Both the position numbers and the translations under genes were made by a program. The notes under the pieces were generated by a model. It saw only the letters and a program-made list of their open reading frames with translations, was not told where the DNA came from and made no database searches. Of a stretch of 64,000 bases of DNA, positions 8,301 through 18,594 are shown in pieces (positions within the stretch are counted from its first letter, which is position 1; each line of letters starts with the position of its first letter). The DNA is taken from NCBI GenBank assembly GCA_963842085.1, contig CAWJET010000002.1, positions 192,001 to 256,000 on the forward strand, read 5' to 3'. The DNA comes from an uncultured delta proteobacterium. GTDB lineage: Bacteria; Desulfobacterota; Binatia; Binatales; Binataceae.

Positions 8301-9203
8301 ATGGCTGCGATCATCATGGATGGCCGGGCGCTGAGCGCGCATCTGATGCCGGAGTTGCGCGCCAACGTTGACGAGCTCAAGAGCGAATTCGGATGCACGC
8401 CGTCGCTGGCGGCGATCCTGGTCGGTGACGATCCCGCGTCGCGTCAATACGTAAAGAATAAGCAGCGCATGGCTGGCGAACTTGGGTGCGACAGCCGCAC
8501 GCTGCGGATGCCGTCGTCGCAAGCGACCACCGATGCGTTGCTCGGCGTGATCGAGGAACTCAATGCCGACGCGCGCGTCAATGCGGTATTGCTACAGGTG
8601 CCGCTGCCCGATTCCGTCGATCGCTTTCGCCTGTTCGACGCTATCGCGCCCGAGAAGGATCTCGACGCCATCGGCTCAGCCAGCGTCGGCGGCTTTTACC
8701 GCGGTCAGTGGGGACGCTTTATTCCGTGCACTCCGCGCGGTGTGCTCACGCTGCTCGACTACTACCGGGTGCCCGTCGACGGTGCGCGCGCCGTGGTTAT
8801 CGGGCGCAGCGACGTTGCCGGCAAGCCGACCGCGCTGATTCTCGGCGGTCGGCTGCGCAATGCGACCGTTACGTGGTGCCATCGCCACACCCGCGATCTC
8901 GCCGCGATATGCCGCGAGGCCGACCTGCTCATTCCGTGCGTCGGCGCCGACACCGGCCGGCCCTATCTGATAACCGCGGATATGGTGAAGCCGGGTGCAT
9001 GCGTGATTGACGTCGGTTTCAGGCGGGTCGGTCCCGGCAGGTTCATCGGCGATGTGGATTTCGAGGCCGTCAAGGAAGTCGCCGGGTGGCTTACGCTCAA
9101 TCCCGGTGGCACCGGTCCCATGACCGTGCTTGCCCTGATGCAGAACCTGATTGACGCCACCCGCTACCAGCTGGGACTACAGCGCGCCGTTTATTCCGTC
9201 TGA
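8301..9203 (+). CDS. folD: Bifunctional methylenetetrahydrofolate dehydrogenase/cyclohydrolase
   Basis: YVKNK, PEKDLD, PCTPRG, VIDVG, GDVDF and PGGTGPMT motifs. Confidence 0.95.
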   Translation: MAAIIMDGRALSAHLMPELRANVDELKSEFGCTPSLAAILVGDDPASRQYVKNKQRMAGELGCDSRTLRMPSSQATTDALLGVIEELNADARVNAVLLQVPLPDSVDRFRLFDAIAPEKDLDAIGSASVGGFYRGQWGRFIPCTPRGVLTLLDYYRVPVDGARAVVIGRSDVAGKPTALILGGRLRNATVTWCHRHTRDLAAICREADLLIPCVGADTGRPYLITADMVKPGACVIDVGFRRVGPGRFIGDVDFEAVKEVAGWLTLNPGGTGPMTVLALMQNLIDATRYQLGLQRAVYSV

Positions 9204-9298
9204 AACGTCCGGCGAGAGCGCGGTCGTATTGCTTTGCGCAATCTCTGACTTTCCCGTAGATTTGCAAATTGCAGTAAATAGACCGTCCGCGCACTCGA

Positions 9299-11362
9299 AT
9301 GGCATCACCCACAAGCGGCTCGAAGACCACCAGCTCGAACGGAGAAAGATCGGGCAAGCGGACGCTCAGCGACGTGCTTATCGGGCCGCCGCGAGACGTG
9401 CGCGATCCCAAGATCTTCCACAGTCTTTCTCTGGTCGCATTCCTGGCGTGGGTAGGCTTGGGCTCTGACGGCTTGAGTTCGTCGTGCTACGGTCCCGAGG
9501 AAGCGTTCCTCGCGCTCGGTCACCATCAGTACCTGGCCGTGTTCCTGGCGATGCTGATGGCGCTGACCGTCTTCATTATCTCGGCGTCATATTCGCAGAC
9601 GATCGACCTGTTTCCGACCGGTGGCGGCGGTTACCTGGTTGCAACCAAGCTGCTCGGCAAGTACTTCGGCCTGGTTTCCGGATCGGCGCTGGTCGTCGAC
9701 TACGTGCTGACTATTTCGATTTCAATCGCGAGCGGCGCCGACGCGATTTTCAGTTTCCTGCCCATCTCGTGGCTACCCTTCAAATTCTGGCTGTGCCTTC
9801 TGGTCGTGGTGTTGATGGTGCTGATGAACCTGCGCGGGGTGAAGGAGTCGGTACTATCGCTGCTGCCGATCTTCCTGGCGTTCATCGTGATGCACGTGTG
9901 GCTGGTCGGCTATGCGATTCTCAGCCGCGCGCCGGAGCTGCCGTCAATCGTCGGCGACGCCGTCCGCGAGGTCCACACCAGCTCCCAGAGCCTCGGGATG
10001 TTAGCGCTCGCGGTGATTTTCTTCCGCGCCTACAGCCTTGGCGGCGGCACCTACACGGGAATCGAGGCGGTCAGCAACGGTCTGCCAATTCTGCGCGAGC
10101 CGCGCACGGTGACCGGCAAGCGCACCATGATCTACATGGCGATATCGCTCGCCTTCGTAGCGGGCGGAATTCTGCTCGGCTACCTGCTGCTCAACGTCGA
10201 GGCTGAGACTGGCAAGACCCTTAATGCCGTCATGTTCGGTCGGCTGGCTGACAACTGGCAGATATTCGGGTGGCAGGTCGGGCCATGGATAGTCACCTTC
10301 GCGCTGATAACCGAGGGCGCTCTGCTGTTCGTCGCCGCGCAGACTGGTTTCGTGGACGGACCGCGCGTGCTGGCCACAATGGCGTCCGATCGATGGCTGC
10401 CACGACGGTTCGCAAACCTGAGCGCGCGACTGGTGACGCAGGACGGCGTCATCACAATCGGGCTCGCCGCCATCATGATTCTGATCGGCACCGAGGCGAA
10501 GGTCGAGGTGCTGGTCGTCCTGTATGCGATCAACGTCTTCGTGACGTTCACGCTCTCGCAGCTCGGAATGACGACGCACTGGTGGCTCGAGCGCAAGAAC
10601 GAAAAGCGATGGCTCCGCAAGTTGATCATCAATGGCGTCGGCACGCTCTTCACCGCGACGATCCTGGTGATCACGCTGACCCTCAAGTTCTACGAGGGGG
10701 GATGGATAACGGTGGTTATCACCGGCGGCCTGATCGCGCTGTGTTTCATGGTGAGGCGGCACTACGAACAGGTTTCGAAGGCGATCGAACAGCTCGAGGC
10801 CGACATCCTGCCGAAACTGTACGCGGTCACAAAACTCGAACCGGCCAAGCGCGATCCGGACGCGCCGACCGCCGCCATCCTGGTCAGCGGCTACAACGGT
10901 CTCGGGCTGGCGACGCTCATCGCGGTTACCCAGTTGTTCAAGGGCGAGTTCCACAACGTGGTCTTCATCGGCGTCGGTGAAGTGGATGCGGCGCTGCTCA
11001 AGGGTCCCGAAGAAGTGCACGAGCTCGAGACGCGGATGGTGGAAGACCTGAACGAGTACTGCCAGTTTGCCGCCGACCTCGGGATTCATCCAGAACTGCG
11101 CGCCGGTCTGGCGCCAGACGTCGTCGCCGAGTTGCGCCGGCTATGCCTCGAAGTCGCGCATGAATTCCCGCACGTCGTGTTCTTCGCCGGCAAGCTCATC
11201 TTCTCCGACGAGCTCGAGGGATTTATCGGCCGCTTCCTGCACAATCACACTTCGGTCGAGCTCCAGAACTGGCTGCAGCTCTACGGATACAGTCTGGTGA
11301 TTCTGCCGATCCGCGTCGGCGCGGGCTCGATGGCGATTCCGGCCACCTCGCAGGCAGCATAA
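9299..11362 (+). CDS. APC-superfamily permease, KimA/YdaO-like (putative K+ importer)
   Basis: About 12 TM; SSSCYGPEE, GGGGY, DYVLT and GIEAVSNG resemble YdaO/KimA; soluble C-terminal domain. Confidence 0.8.
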   Translation: MASPTSGSKTTSSNGERSGKRTLSDVLIGPPRDVRDPKIFHSLSLVAFLAWVGLGSDGLSSSCYGPEEAFLALGHHQYLAVFLAMLMALTVFIISASYSQTIDLFPTGGGGYLVATKLLGKYFGLVSGSALVVDYVLTISISIASGADAIFSFLPISWLPFKFWLCLLVVVLMVLMNLRGVKESVLSLLPIFLAFIVMHVWLVGYAILSRAPELPSIVGDAVREVHTSSQSLGMLALAVIFFRAYSLGGGTYTGIEAVSNGLPILREPRTVTGKRTMIYMAISLAFVAGGILLGYLLLNVEAETGKTLNAVMFGRLADNWQIFGWQVGPWIVTFALITEGALLFVAAQTGFVDGPRVLATMASDRWLPRRFANLSARLVTQDGVITIGLAAIMILIGTEAKVEVLVVLYAINVFVTFTLSQLGMTTHWWLERKNEKRWLRKLIINGVGTLFTATILVITLTLKFYEGGWITVVITGGLIALCFMVRRHYEQVSKAIEQLEADILPKLYAVTKLEPAKRDPDAPTAAILVSGYNGLGLATLIAVTQLFKGEFHNVVFIGVGEVDAALLKGPEEVHELETRMVEDLNEYCQFAADLGIHPELRAGLAPDVVAELRRLCLEVAHEFPHVVFFAGKLIFSDELEGFIGRFLHNHTSVELQNWLQLYGYSLVILPIRVGAGSMAIPATSQAA

Positions 11363-11371
11363 TCGCGGCGG

Positions 11372-12862
11372 TCATTTGACCGTCGGCGTGATCCGGTAGA
11401 ACGCGAGACGTTCGGAGCGGTATTTCTCGACCACTCTAAAGCGCTTTGGGTCGGGGAGTTCGGAGTTTACCGCGTAGCCTTCCTTCCAACTGACCAGCCA
11501 TCCGCCGCCGGCCGATGACACCCGTTCCTCAATAGTCTTTCGCGCGACCGCGGGATCGAATCCCGGAATAGCTATTCGCGGATTGGCTCCCTTGAAGTAG
11601 TAGTTGAAAGCAATCGAGTAGTAACCGAACGGAAAGCCCCCATTTGGGACGTTCGCCGTGCTTGCGTTGGAAACGAAGCCAGCTTCGAAGAAGACCGGAT
11701 CTGATGCCCCTCCGGCCGTTACCTGCGCGGCCAGATCTCGCCATGGCTGAGGCTGAGGCCGGTCGAACGGCAGGACAATCAGGCATGCCAGCACCAAGCC
11801 GGCGGCCAGGAGATTGCGCCACTTCGTGCTCCAGGCGCCGACCGACGCCGCAATCAACAACGACGATGCCGCGATCCCCGGCGCAAGGTAGCGCGGATTG
11901 AACATCGGGTGCAGGATCACCGACCCGAGGATGAATGCCAGCGCCGGCAATCCGATCCATGCCACCAGCAGCCGAATCGGTTCGTTGTCATCGCGTTCCA
12001 CAGCGCGGCCGAATACCAGCCACAAAGTTACCAAAGCCGCGGCTAGCGCGGCTGCCATTTTAAGCGCAAGCGGGTAGTTGTGAGCCGGACCCAGGTAGTC
12101 CAACCATTGCCCATAAATCATTTGCTGGCTTTGTCGAATGGCGTAGGGCAGGTAGGGAACGAACAAGACACCGGCGAAAATCAGCGCCATCCACGCCATG
12201 ACATCGCGTCTGCCGCGCGCCAGATCGCGCAGCAGTATTGCGGTCTCCGCACCCAGGATCATCAACCCGGCCATGTGCGTATAGGGCATCGCGGCGCCGA
12301 GAATCCCGCAGACCACCGCGCTCCCGACACCGGGCCGGGACCGCACTCGCAGCAGCATCAGCAGATGTGCGAGCGCGAGCGCGATGAACATCGGGTACAT
12401 TCGCGCCGTATGCGCGAACACCACCGCGAGCGGGTTGAATGCCCACATCGCGGCCGCCGCCAGTGCCGTGCTCTCATCGAACATTTCGCGTCCGAGCAGG
12501 AACACCAGCATCAGCGCCGCCAGCGAAAGGGCAACCGACATCGAGCGCAGTGCAATCTCACTCAGCCCGAAAATCCTGGTGTAGTAGTGCAGTGCGCCGT
12601 AGTAGAACAGAAATTTTCCGGGCTCTTGCAGCACCGGCGTTCGCAGGATTGCGCCGATTCCAGGCTTCGCCGCCGACCATGCGCTGAACGCCTCGCTCGC
12701 ACCGAGCGCGTCGGTACCAAGTCGAAACGAGTATATGAGTGCCGCGAAAACAAAGACCGCTGCGAACAGTTGTATCGGCCGCCGCGACCACAACCCCCGC
12801 CGCGACGGTTCTGCCCGCGGTGACGATTCGAAGGTAGCCGAATCTGCCTGCCTCATCTCCAC
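11372..12862 (-). CDS. GT-C (GT39/ArnT-PMT-like) membrane glycosyltransferase
   Basis: Multi-TM; LGASEAFS, LFYY..LHYY..FGLSEIALR, ARMYP and PRYL patterns. Confidence 0.8.
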   Translation of the reverse strand: MEMRQADSATFESSPRAEPSRRGLWSRRPIQLFAAVFVFAALIYSFRLGTDALGASEAFSAWSAAKPGIGAILRTPVLQEPGKFLFYYGALHYYTRIFGLSEIALRSMSVALSLAALMLVFLLGREMFDESTALAAAAMWAFNPLAVVFAHTARMYPMFIALALAHLLMLLRVRSRPGVGSAVVCGILGAAMPYTHMAGLMILGAETAILLRDLARGRRDVMAWMALIFAGVLFVPYLPYAIRQSQQMIYGQWLDYLGPAHNYPLALKMAAALAAALVTLWLVFGRAVERDDNEPIRLLVAWIGLPALAFILGSVILHPMFNPRYLAPGIAASSLLIAASVGAWSTKWRNLLAAGLVLACLIVLPFDRPQPQPWRDLAAQVTAGGASDPVFFEAGFVSNASTANVPNGGFPFGYYSIAFNYYFKGANPRIAIPGFDPAVARKTIEERVSSAGGGWLVSWKEGYAVNSELPDPKRFRVVEKYRSERLAFYRITPTVK

Positions 12863-12980
12863 CCCGCTTCGCGCAACGACATACTAGCGAATTTTGCGTG
12901 TGCGATCGTCATCTGTTTACGCGCGCTTGAGCGCGGTCCATTGACTATCACTCTTCGTGCTGGCGTAAGTGTTCAGAGTC

Positions 12981-14372
12981 ATGTCCGAGTTTCTCGAGGC
13001 GGCTCCCGACGTCGGTGCGCGGAGCGGGGTCGCGATGACCCTGCCACCGATCGAACAGATCCGCTTCGAGGTATGGGCCCTCGCGTGGCCGGTGATTCTG
13101 TCGTTCGGGCTCGATTCGATTCTCGGTCTCGCTTCGATGCTGATGGTGGGACGGCTCGGCGCTGACGCGGTTGGCGCGGTCGGACTCGCCACGCAAATCC
13201 TCGGTGCGGTGCGCGCCGGTATCGCGGCGGTTGGAACCGGCACGGTCGCGCTGGTTGCGCGTTATATTGGTGCGAACGATCGCGACAGTGCCGAGCACGT
13301 GCTGAAGCAGTCCGTCGTTTTCGGCGTGTTGGTTTCGACGGTCATCGCCATCCCGGTGATAATGTTCGCGCATCCGCTGATGGGCTTGTTCCAGGTCAGA
13401 GGCGAGATGGCCGACATGGGCGCGCGCTACCTGCAGGTCGTGATGCTTTCGGAGCCGTTCCAGGGAATCTTCCTGATGTGTGCGGCGGCGTTGCGCGGCG
13501 CTGGTGATACACGAACGCCGCTCTGGATCGGCGGTATTATCGACGTGCTCGCCATCTTCCTCAACTACGTGCTCATCTTCGGCAAACTCGGGTGTCCTGC
13601 GCTGGGGGTGGACGGCTCGGCCGTGGCGACTTTGCTCGCGATCGCCTTCGGCGGGGTGTTATTCTTCTACGCGCTGTCGATCGAAGGGATGGTGCTCAAT
13701 TTACGCTGGCAGCGGCTATGGCCTGACTTCGGCCTCGGTCGGCGAATTCTCAGCGTCGGCAACCCCGCCGCCATCGAACAACTGCTGATCCAGTTCGGCT
13801 TTGTCGCCTACGTCGGCTTCGTCGCGCGTTACGGCGCCAAGGAGATCGCCGCATATTTCATCGGTGTACGAATCCTGTCGCTGTCATTTCTACCCGGCTT
13901 CGGGTTCTCGGCCGCTTCCGCGACTCTGGTCGGCCAGGGCCTCGGCGCGCGCGACCCGAAGTTCTCGCGCAAGGCCGGATGGGAATCGACCGGGATGGCG
14001 ATAGTGCTGATGACCGCATTGGGCGTGGTGTTCATCGTCTTCGCGCATTGGATCGCAGCGCTCTTCATCGACGACAAACAGGTCATCGAATACACCGTGC
14101 AATTCATGTACGCGCTCGCGGCCGCGCAACCGCTGATGGCGATCGATTGGACGATCACCGGCGCACTGCGCGGCGCGGGCGACTCGCAGTTTCCGCTCTA
14201 CGGTTCGCTCGCGGGCTTCTACGGGATGCGGCTCTTTCTGACGATTCTAATTTGGTACCACAGCGGCAGCATCATTTATATCTGGTGGTCTCTGCTCGCC
14301 GACTACGTCGTCCGCTCGATGGTAAAAGTCTGGCGCTTCCAGACCGGCCACTGGGAAACGATCGAAGTCTGA
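12981..14372 (+). CDS. MATE family efflux transporter
   Basis: 12 TM; LRGAGDTRTPL repeated as LRGAGDSQFPL; start could be 12969, 12981 or 13035. Confidence 0.92.
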   Translation: MSEFLEAAPDVGARSGVAMTLPPIEQIRFEVWALAWPVILSFGLDSILGLASMLMVGRLGADAVGAVGLATQILGAVRAGIAAVGTGTVALVARYIGANDRDSAEHVLKQSVVFGVLVSTVIAIPVIMFAHPLMGLFQVRGEMADMGARYLQVVMLSEPFQGIFLMCAAALRGAGDTRTPLWIGGIIDVLAIFLNYVLIFGKLGCPALGVDGSAVATLLAIAFGGVLFFYALSIEGMVLNLRWQRLWPDFGLGRRILSVGNPAAIEQLLIQFGFVAYVGFVARYGAKEIAAYFIGVRILSLSFLPGFGFSAASATLVGQGLGARDPKFSRKAGWESTGMAIVLMTALGVVFIVFAHWIAALFIDDKQVIEYTVQFMYALAAAQPLMAIDWTITGALRGAGDSQFPLYGSLAGFYGMRLFLTILIWYHSGSIIYIWWSLLADYVVRSMVKVWRFQTGHWETIEV

Positions 14373-14377
14373 AATTT

Positions 14378-15286
14378 ATGTGCGCGGTAAAAATGCATGC
14401 CGACGAGGTCCCTACCGACGCATCGCTCGTCCGCCGGATGCTCGCGGCGCAGTTTCCGCGTTGGGCAGACCTTCCCATCGCGCCAGTCCAGTCCGCCGGA
14501 ACCGACAACGCAATCTATCGGCTCGGCGACGACATGGCCGTGCGAATGCCGCGCATCCACGCGACCGCCGCGCAGGTGGACAAGGAGCATCAGTGGCTGC
14601 CGAGACTTGCCCCGCACCTGCCGCTGGCGATCCCGCTGCCGCTCGCGAAAGGGATGCCCGCCGAGGGTTTCCCTTGGCGCTGGTCCGTCTGCAGGTGGCT
14701 CGCCGGCGAGAACGCTAGCGTCGAGCGCATCGCCGATCTACGCGAGGCGGCGATCGACCTGGCGCGTTTCGTAACCGCCCTTCAGCGGATCGATCCCGCC
14801 GGCGGCCCGCCGCCCGGAAGGCACAACTTTGGCCGCGGCGCGCCGCTGGCGATGCGAGACGCTGCGACGCGGAACGCGATTGCAAGCTTGAGAGGCATGC
14901 TCGATATCGACGCATTGACGACGGCGTGGGACGCGGCCCTCGAAGCACCGCAGTGGGATGGCCGGCCCGTGTGGATTCACGGAGACCTCTTGCCCGGGAA
15001 CCTGCTGGTCGAAGGGGGCCTACTGAGTGGCGTCATCGACTTCGGGGGTCTGGGCGTGGGCGATCCCGCATGCGACGTGATGGCCGCGTGGACGCTTTTC
15101 GCCGGCGAAAGCCGAGACGTGTTCCGCGCAGTGTTATCGGTCGACGACGCGACGTGGGCGCGAGGTCTCGGCTGGGCGCTGTCCTGGGCGCTTATCTTCA
15201 TCCCGTCCTACTTGGACTCCAACCCCGTGGGCGTCAGCACTGCTCGGCAGACAATCGATGAAGTCCTCGCCGATCGCGAAGTCTGA
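14378..15286 (+). CDS. Aminoglycoside phosphotransferase / choline kinase-like protein
   Basis: GTDNAIYRLG, HGDLLPGN and VIDFG..GDPACD motifs; real start at 14378 or 14393, not 13979. Confidence 0.9.
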   Translation: MCAVKMHADEVPTDASLVRRMLAAQFPRWADLPIAPVQSAGTDNAIYRLGDDMAVRMPRIHATAAQVDKEHQWLPRLAPHLPLAIPLPLAKGMPAEGFPWRWSVCRWLAGENASVERIADLREAAIDLARFVTALQRIDPAGGPPPGRHNFGRGAPLAMRDAATRNAIASLRGMLDIDALTTAWDAALEAPQWDGRPVWIHGDLLPGNLLVEGGLLSGVIDFGGLGVGDPACDVMAAWTLFAGESRDVFRAVLSVDDATWARGLGWALSWALIFIPSYLDSNPVGVSTARQTIDEVLADREV

Positions 15287-15362
15287 GAGTTGGTTCGCCG
15301 CCTGTTGACGCTCGCGTCGCTATCAACTGGACGCGGCGCCCGCCGCGCGTAATCCTCTTTCC

Positions 15363-17534
15363 GTGGCGCAACCGGTTCAAGCGAATGAGACGCTGGAGGG
15401 AATCCTCGACCAAGTCCTGTTCGTCAATGATAACAACGGCTACTCAGTCGCGGTCGTGGTTGTGCCCCGGGAGCATGGCGACTTTCGCCGCGTCACAGTC
15501 GTTGGCAATCTCGCCGGTCTGGAAGTTGGCTCGACCATTCGCGCTCAAGGCGGCTTCGAGCAGCACCCGCGCTTTGGCGAGCAGTTCCACGTCGTGGACT
15601 TTGAAACGCTGCGGCCGGCCGGGGCGGTTGCGATCGAACGCTACCTTGCTTCGGAAATAAAAGGCATCGGGCCCAGGCTCGCGCGGCGAATCTCCGAGCA
15701 CTTTGGCGAAACGCTCGGCGAAGTGCTCGACAACGCCCCGGAACGCATGCGCGAAGTTCCCGGCATAGGCGCTGCGGTCGCGCGGACCATCGCGGCCGCA
15801 TGGCGCGACGCGTCGGGCCTGCGCGAACTGACGGTATTTCTGCGCGGGCACGGGTTGGCGGCGTCGCACGCGCGGCGCATCCACAAGTTCTACGGCAAGG
15901 ACGCGCTCGAGGTCGTGCGGCGCGATCCATACGTGCTCGCGCGCACGATTCATGGCATCGGATTTCGCACCGCCGACGCGATCGCCGAGAAACTCGGCAT
16001 CCCGCGCAACTCGATCCAGCGTGCTCGCGCCGCGGTGCTGTACATCCTCGAGCGCATGTCCGATGAGGGCCATGTCTACTCGCCGTTCGAGTATCTCGAA
16101 GGCCAGTTCCGCACCGCGCTAGAGATGGAGCCCGATCTGGCCCACGACGCCGTCAACGAACTCGCCGCCAGTGGGGAGGTGATTGCCGAAGAGGCGGACG
16201 ATCACATTGCCATTTATCTCGCACGCCTGCACGAGGCCGAAGTGAACGTCGCCACTCGAATCGCGGAATTGAACGCAGGCCGCGCGATTAACAAGGAGCT
16301 GATCGATCGCGCGGTGGCGGCCGCGGTCAAGTCATCGGAGCTCGAGCTCTCAGCCGAACAAAAGAGCGCCCTTCGATGCGCCCTCGCAAGCCGCGTGACG
16401 GTCATCACCGGCGGTCCCGGCACCGGCAAGACGACCTTGCTGCGCTCGCTGCTGGTGGCGCTCGCCGACGTTGGTTTGAAGCCGACCCTTGCCGCGCCGA
16501 CCGGACGCGCGGCTCGCCGGCTCCAGGATGCTGCGGGCCGCGACGCGAAGACCATTCATCGGCTGCTCGAATACGCGCCCGAGAGTGGCGGGTTTCTCCG
16601 CAACAGGAATTTTCCGTTGCGCACCAACTATCTGATCGTCGATGAAGCCTCGATGATGGACGTCGAGCTGGCGTCCAGCCTGCTCTCCGCGCTGATGCCG
16701 AACTGCTCGCTGTTGCTGGTCGGCGACAAAGATCAACTCCCGTCGGTTGGCCCCGGCAGCGTGCTCAAGGACGTGATCGCGTCCGACTTCGTGCCGGTGG
16801 TGCAACTAAAGGAGGTTTATCGTCAGGCGCGCCGCAGCATGATCGTCGCCAACGCGCATCGTTTGAATCGGGGCGAGTTCCCGCAAATTTCCAACGATGC
16901 CGAAGGCGACTTTTTTTTCTTCGAGCGCAACGCCGCGGAAGACGTACTCGCCACGATCAAGCAGCTCGTTCAGCAGCGGCTGATCGGTCGATTCGGAATT
17001 CACGACCCGCGCGAAATCCAGGTGCTGACGCCGATGAATCGCGGTCCGCTCGGCACGCACCTTCTCAATCGCGAGCTGCAAAGCCTGCTGAATCCGTCGG
17101 GACGCGAAATTCGCGCCGGCGATCGCATCTTTCGGGAGGGCGATCGCGTGATCCAGTTGCTCAACAACTACGACAAGGGCGTGTTCAACGGCTCGATCGG
17201 CAGGATCCTTGCCATCAACACGCAAAAGGCGCGCCTGAGCGTCGCCTTTGAAGAGGCCCACGCCGAATACGACCTCTCGGAGCTCGACGAACTGGCGCTG
17301 GCCTACGCGATCTCGGTGCATAAGAGCCAGGGCAGCCAGTATCCCGCGATCGTGATGCCGATACATTCGAGTCACTACCTGATGCTCCGCCGCAATCTGC
17401 TCTATACGGCGATCACGCGCGCCGAGCGGGTATGCGTGCTGGTCGGCACCAGGAGCGCGTTGCAGCAGGCGGTGCGCAACCAGGACGAGCGTCTTCGCTT
17501 CTCGCGCCTGGCCGCGCGACTGCACGTGAACTGA
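15363..17534 (+). CDS. recD2: ATP-dependent RecD2-like DNA helicase
   Basis: N-terminal OB/HhH region (IKGIGP, GIGFRTAD); GGPGTGKTT, DEASM, GDKDQLPSVG and HKSQGSQY motifs. Confidence 0.95.
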   Translation: MAQPVQANETLEGILDQVLFVNDNNGYSVAVVVVPREHGDFRRVTVVGNLAGLEVGSTIRAQGGFEQHPRFGEQFHVVDFETLRPAGAVAIERYLASEIKGIGPRLARRISEHFGETLGEVLDNAPERMREVPGIGAAVARTIAAAWRDASGLRELTVFLRGHGLAASHARRIHKFYGKDALEVVRRDPYVLARTIHGIGFRTADAIAEKLGIPRNSIQRARAAVLYILERMSDEGHVYSPFEYLEGQFRTALEMEPDLAHDAVNELAASGEVIAEEADDHIAIYLARLHEAEVNVATRIAELNAGRAINKELIDRAVAAAVKSSELELSAEQKSALRCALASRVTVITGGPGTGKTTLLRSLLVALADVGLKPTLAAPTGRAARRLQDAAGRDAKTIHRLLEYAPESGGFLRNRNFPLRTNYLIVDEASMMDVELASSLLSALMPNCSLLLVGDKDQLPSVGPGSVLKDVIASDFVPVVQLKEVYRQARRSMIVANAHRLNRGEFPQISNDAEGDFFFFERNAAEDVLATIKQLVQQRLIGRFGIHDPREIQVLTPMNRGPLGTHLLNRELQSLLNPSGREIRAGDRIFREGDRVIQLLNNYDKGVFNGSIGRILAINTQKARLSVAFEEAHAEYDLSELDELALAYAISVHKSQGSQYPAIVMPIHSSHYLMLRRNLLYTAITRAERVCVLVGTRSALQQAVRNQDERLRFSRLAARLHVN

Positions 17535-17538
17535 TCGA

Positions 17539-18180
17539 TCAGTGATGTCCGATTAGATGACTGATTAAGAAAACAAAGAAACCGATGGTCGCGACGGCAA
17601 TAAGCCCCGGAATCAGAGCCGCGGCCAGCGTGCGCCACGCCGAGAATCGATGCACCTCGCCGATGCACTTCAGCCCGACGATGGCGCCCCAGATACCGAG
17701 CACACCCTCGACCACCATGATCTTGTAAAACGCAGGATCGATATGGGGCAACGTCCCCGCCGTCGTTTGCGGTGTCGGCACGCCCAGCAGGACGGCGATC
17801 AGCAAGACGATTGTAGCGGCGATCCCAGGTATCTGCGCCCACGCCATCGCGGCTCGAACTTCGACCCGGCTTGCAACGCCGCCGAGCAGGCCTCCCGACC
17901 ATCTTAAGATGACGGCACCAATGAAGAGTCCGATAACTCCCACAGCCGCTTGAACCGCAACGTCTACCGCAACCCACAGCGGCCACAACACAGAAAGGTT
18001 GGCGGTGTTGCTCATCGCCTTCGACCACTGAGTCGCCAGTGCGTTGATCGCGGGCCCGGCCGCCGCGAGCGCGACTACGTTGCGCGTCGGGTCGGTCTCG
18101 ACGATGCGCCGAATCGTCGCGCGCGGTTCAGTCCATATCGTGAAGAAAGGTGTGATCGAGTCGCCAGCCCCGTTCGCCAT
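17539..18180 (-). CDS. Yip1 family membrane protein
   Basis: IWTEPRATIRRI N-terminus, ~5 TM, EVHRFSAWR. Confidence 0.8.
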   Translation of the reverse strand: MANGAGDSITPFFTIWTEPRATIRRIVETDPTRNVVALAAAGPAINALATQWSKAMSNTANLSVLWPLWVAVDVAVQAAVGVIGLFIGAVILRWSGGLLGGVASRVEVRAAMAWAQIPGIAATIVLLIAVLLGVPTPQTTAGTLPHIDPAFYKIMVVEGVLGIWGAIVGLKCIGEVHRFSAWRTLAAALIPGLIAVATIGFFVFLISHLIGHH

Positions 18181-18282
18181 CGAAGCCCCCGTCCCGCTGC
18201 GAATTTCGCCACGCTAGCATCTTGGTGCATCACGCAACAGTGCGATTGACTCAATTTCGCGATGCGAACTACCATCGCTCCG

Positions 18283-18591
18283 ATGAAGGAGATCAACTCG
18301 ATCGTTCTGGCCGCGTTGCTCGCGGGATGCGTACAGGCTTACGGATGCGTCTTCGTTCAATCGAGTGCGGTCTCCGATCGCGCTGGCCTGGGCAATCCAA
18401 TCAGCGCGAGCGCCAGCGATCTCGGATACCTGCATCTGATCGCCCCGCAGGGACTCACGCAGACCGCGCTTGCGAACCTGCTGAGCAACTGCGCCACCGG
18501 CAAAGTATCGGGAGTGACGACCGAGCTCACGATGCGCGATTTCATTATCGTGCAGTCGTACAACGTGTCGGTCAGCGGTACCTGCAGCTAA
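18283..18591 (+). CDS. Small exported protein/lipoprotein (TRL/Bor-like)
   Basis: MKEINSIVLAALLAGC lipobox; paired Cys, ends in VSGTCS. Confidence 0.6.
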   Translation: MKEINSIVLAALLAGCVQAYGCVFVQSSAVSDRAGLGNPISASASDLGYLHLIAPQGLTQTALANLLSNCATGKVSGVTTELTMRDFIIVQSYNVSVSGTCS

Positions 18592-18594
18592 GTC

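Noticed and set aside
9204-9298. c-di-AMP (ydaO) riboswitch before the KimA-like gene
   Set aside because: Only 95 bp, and no consensus elements seen.
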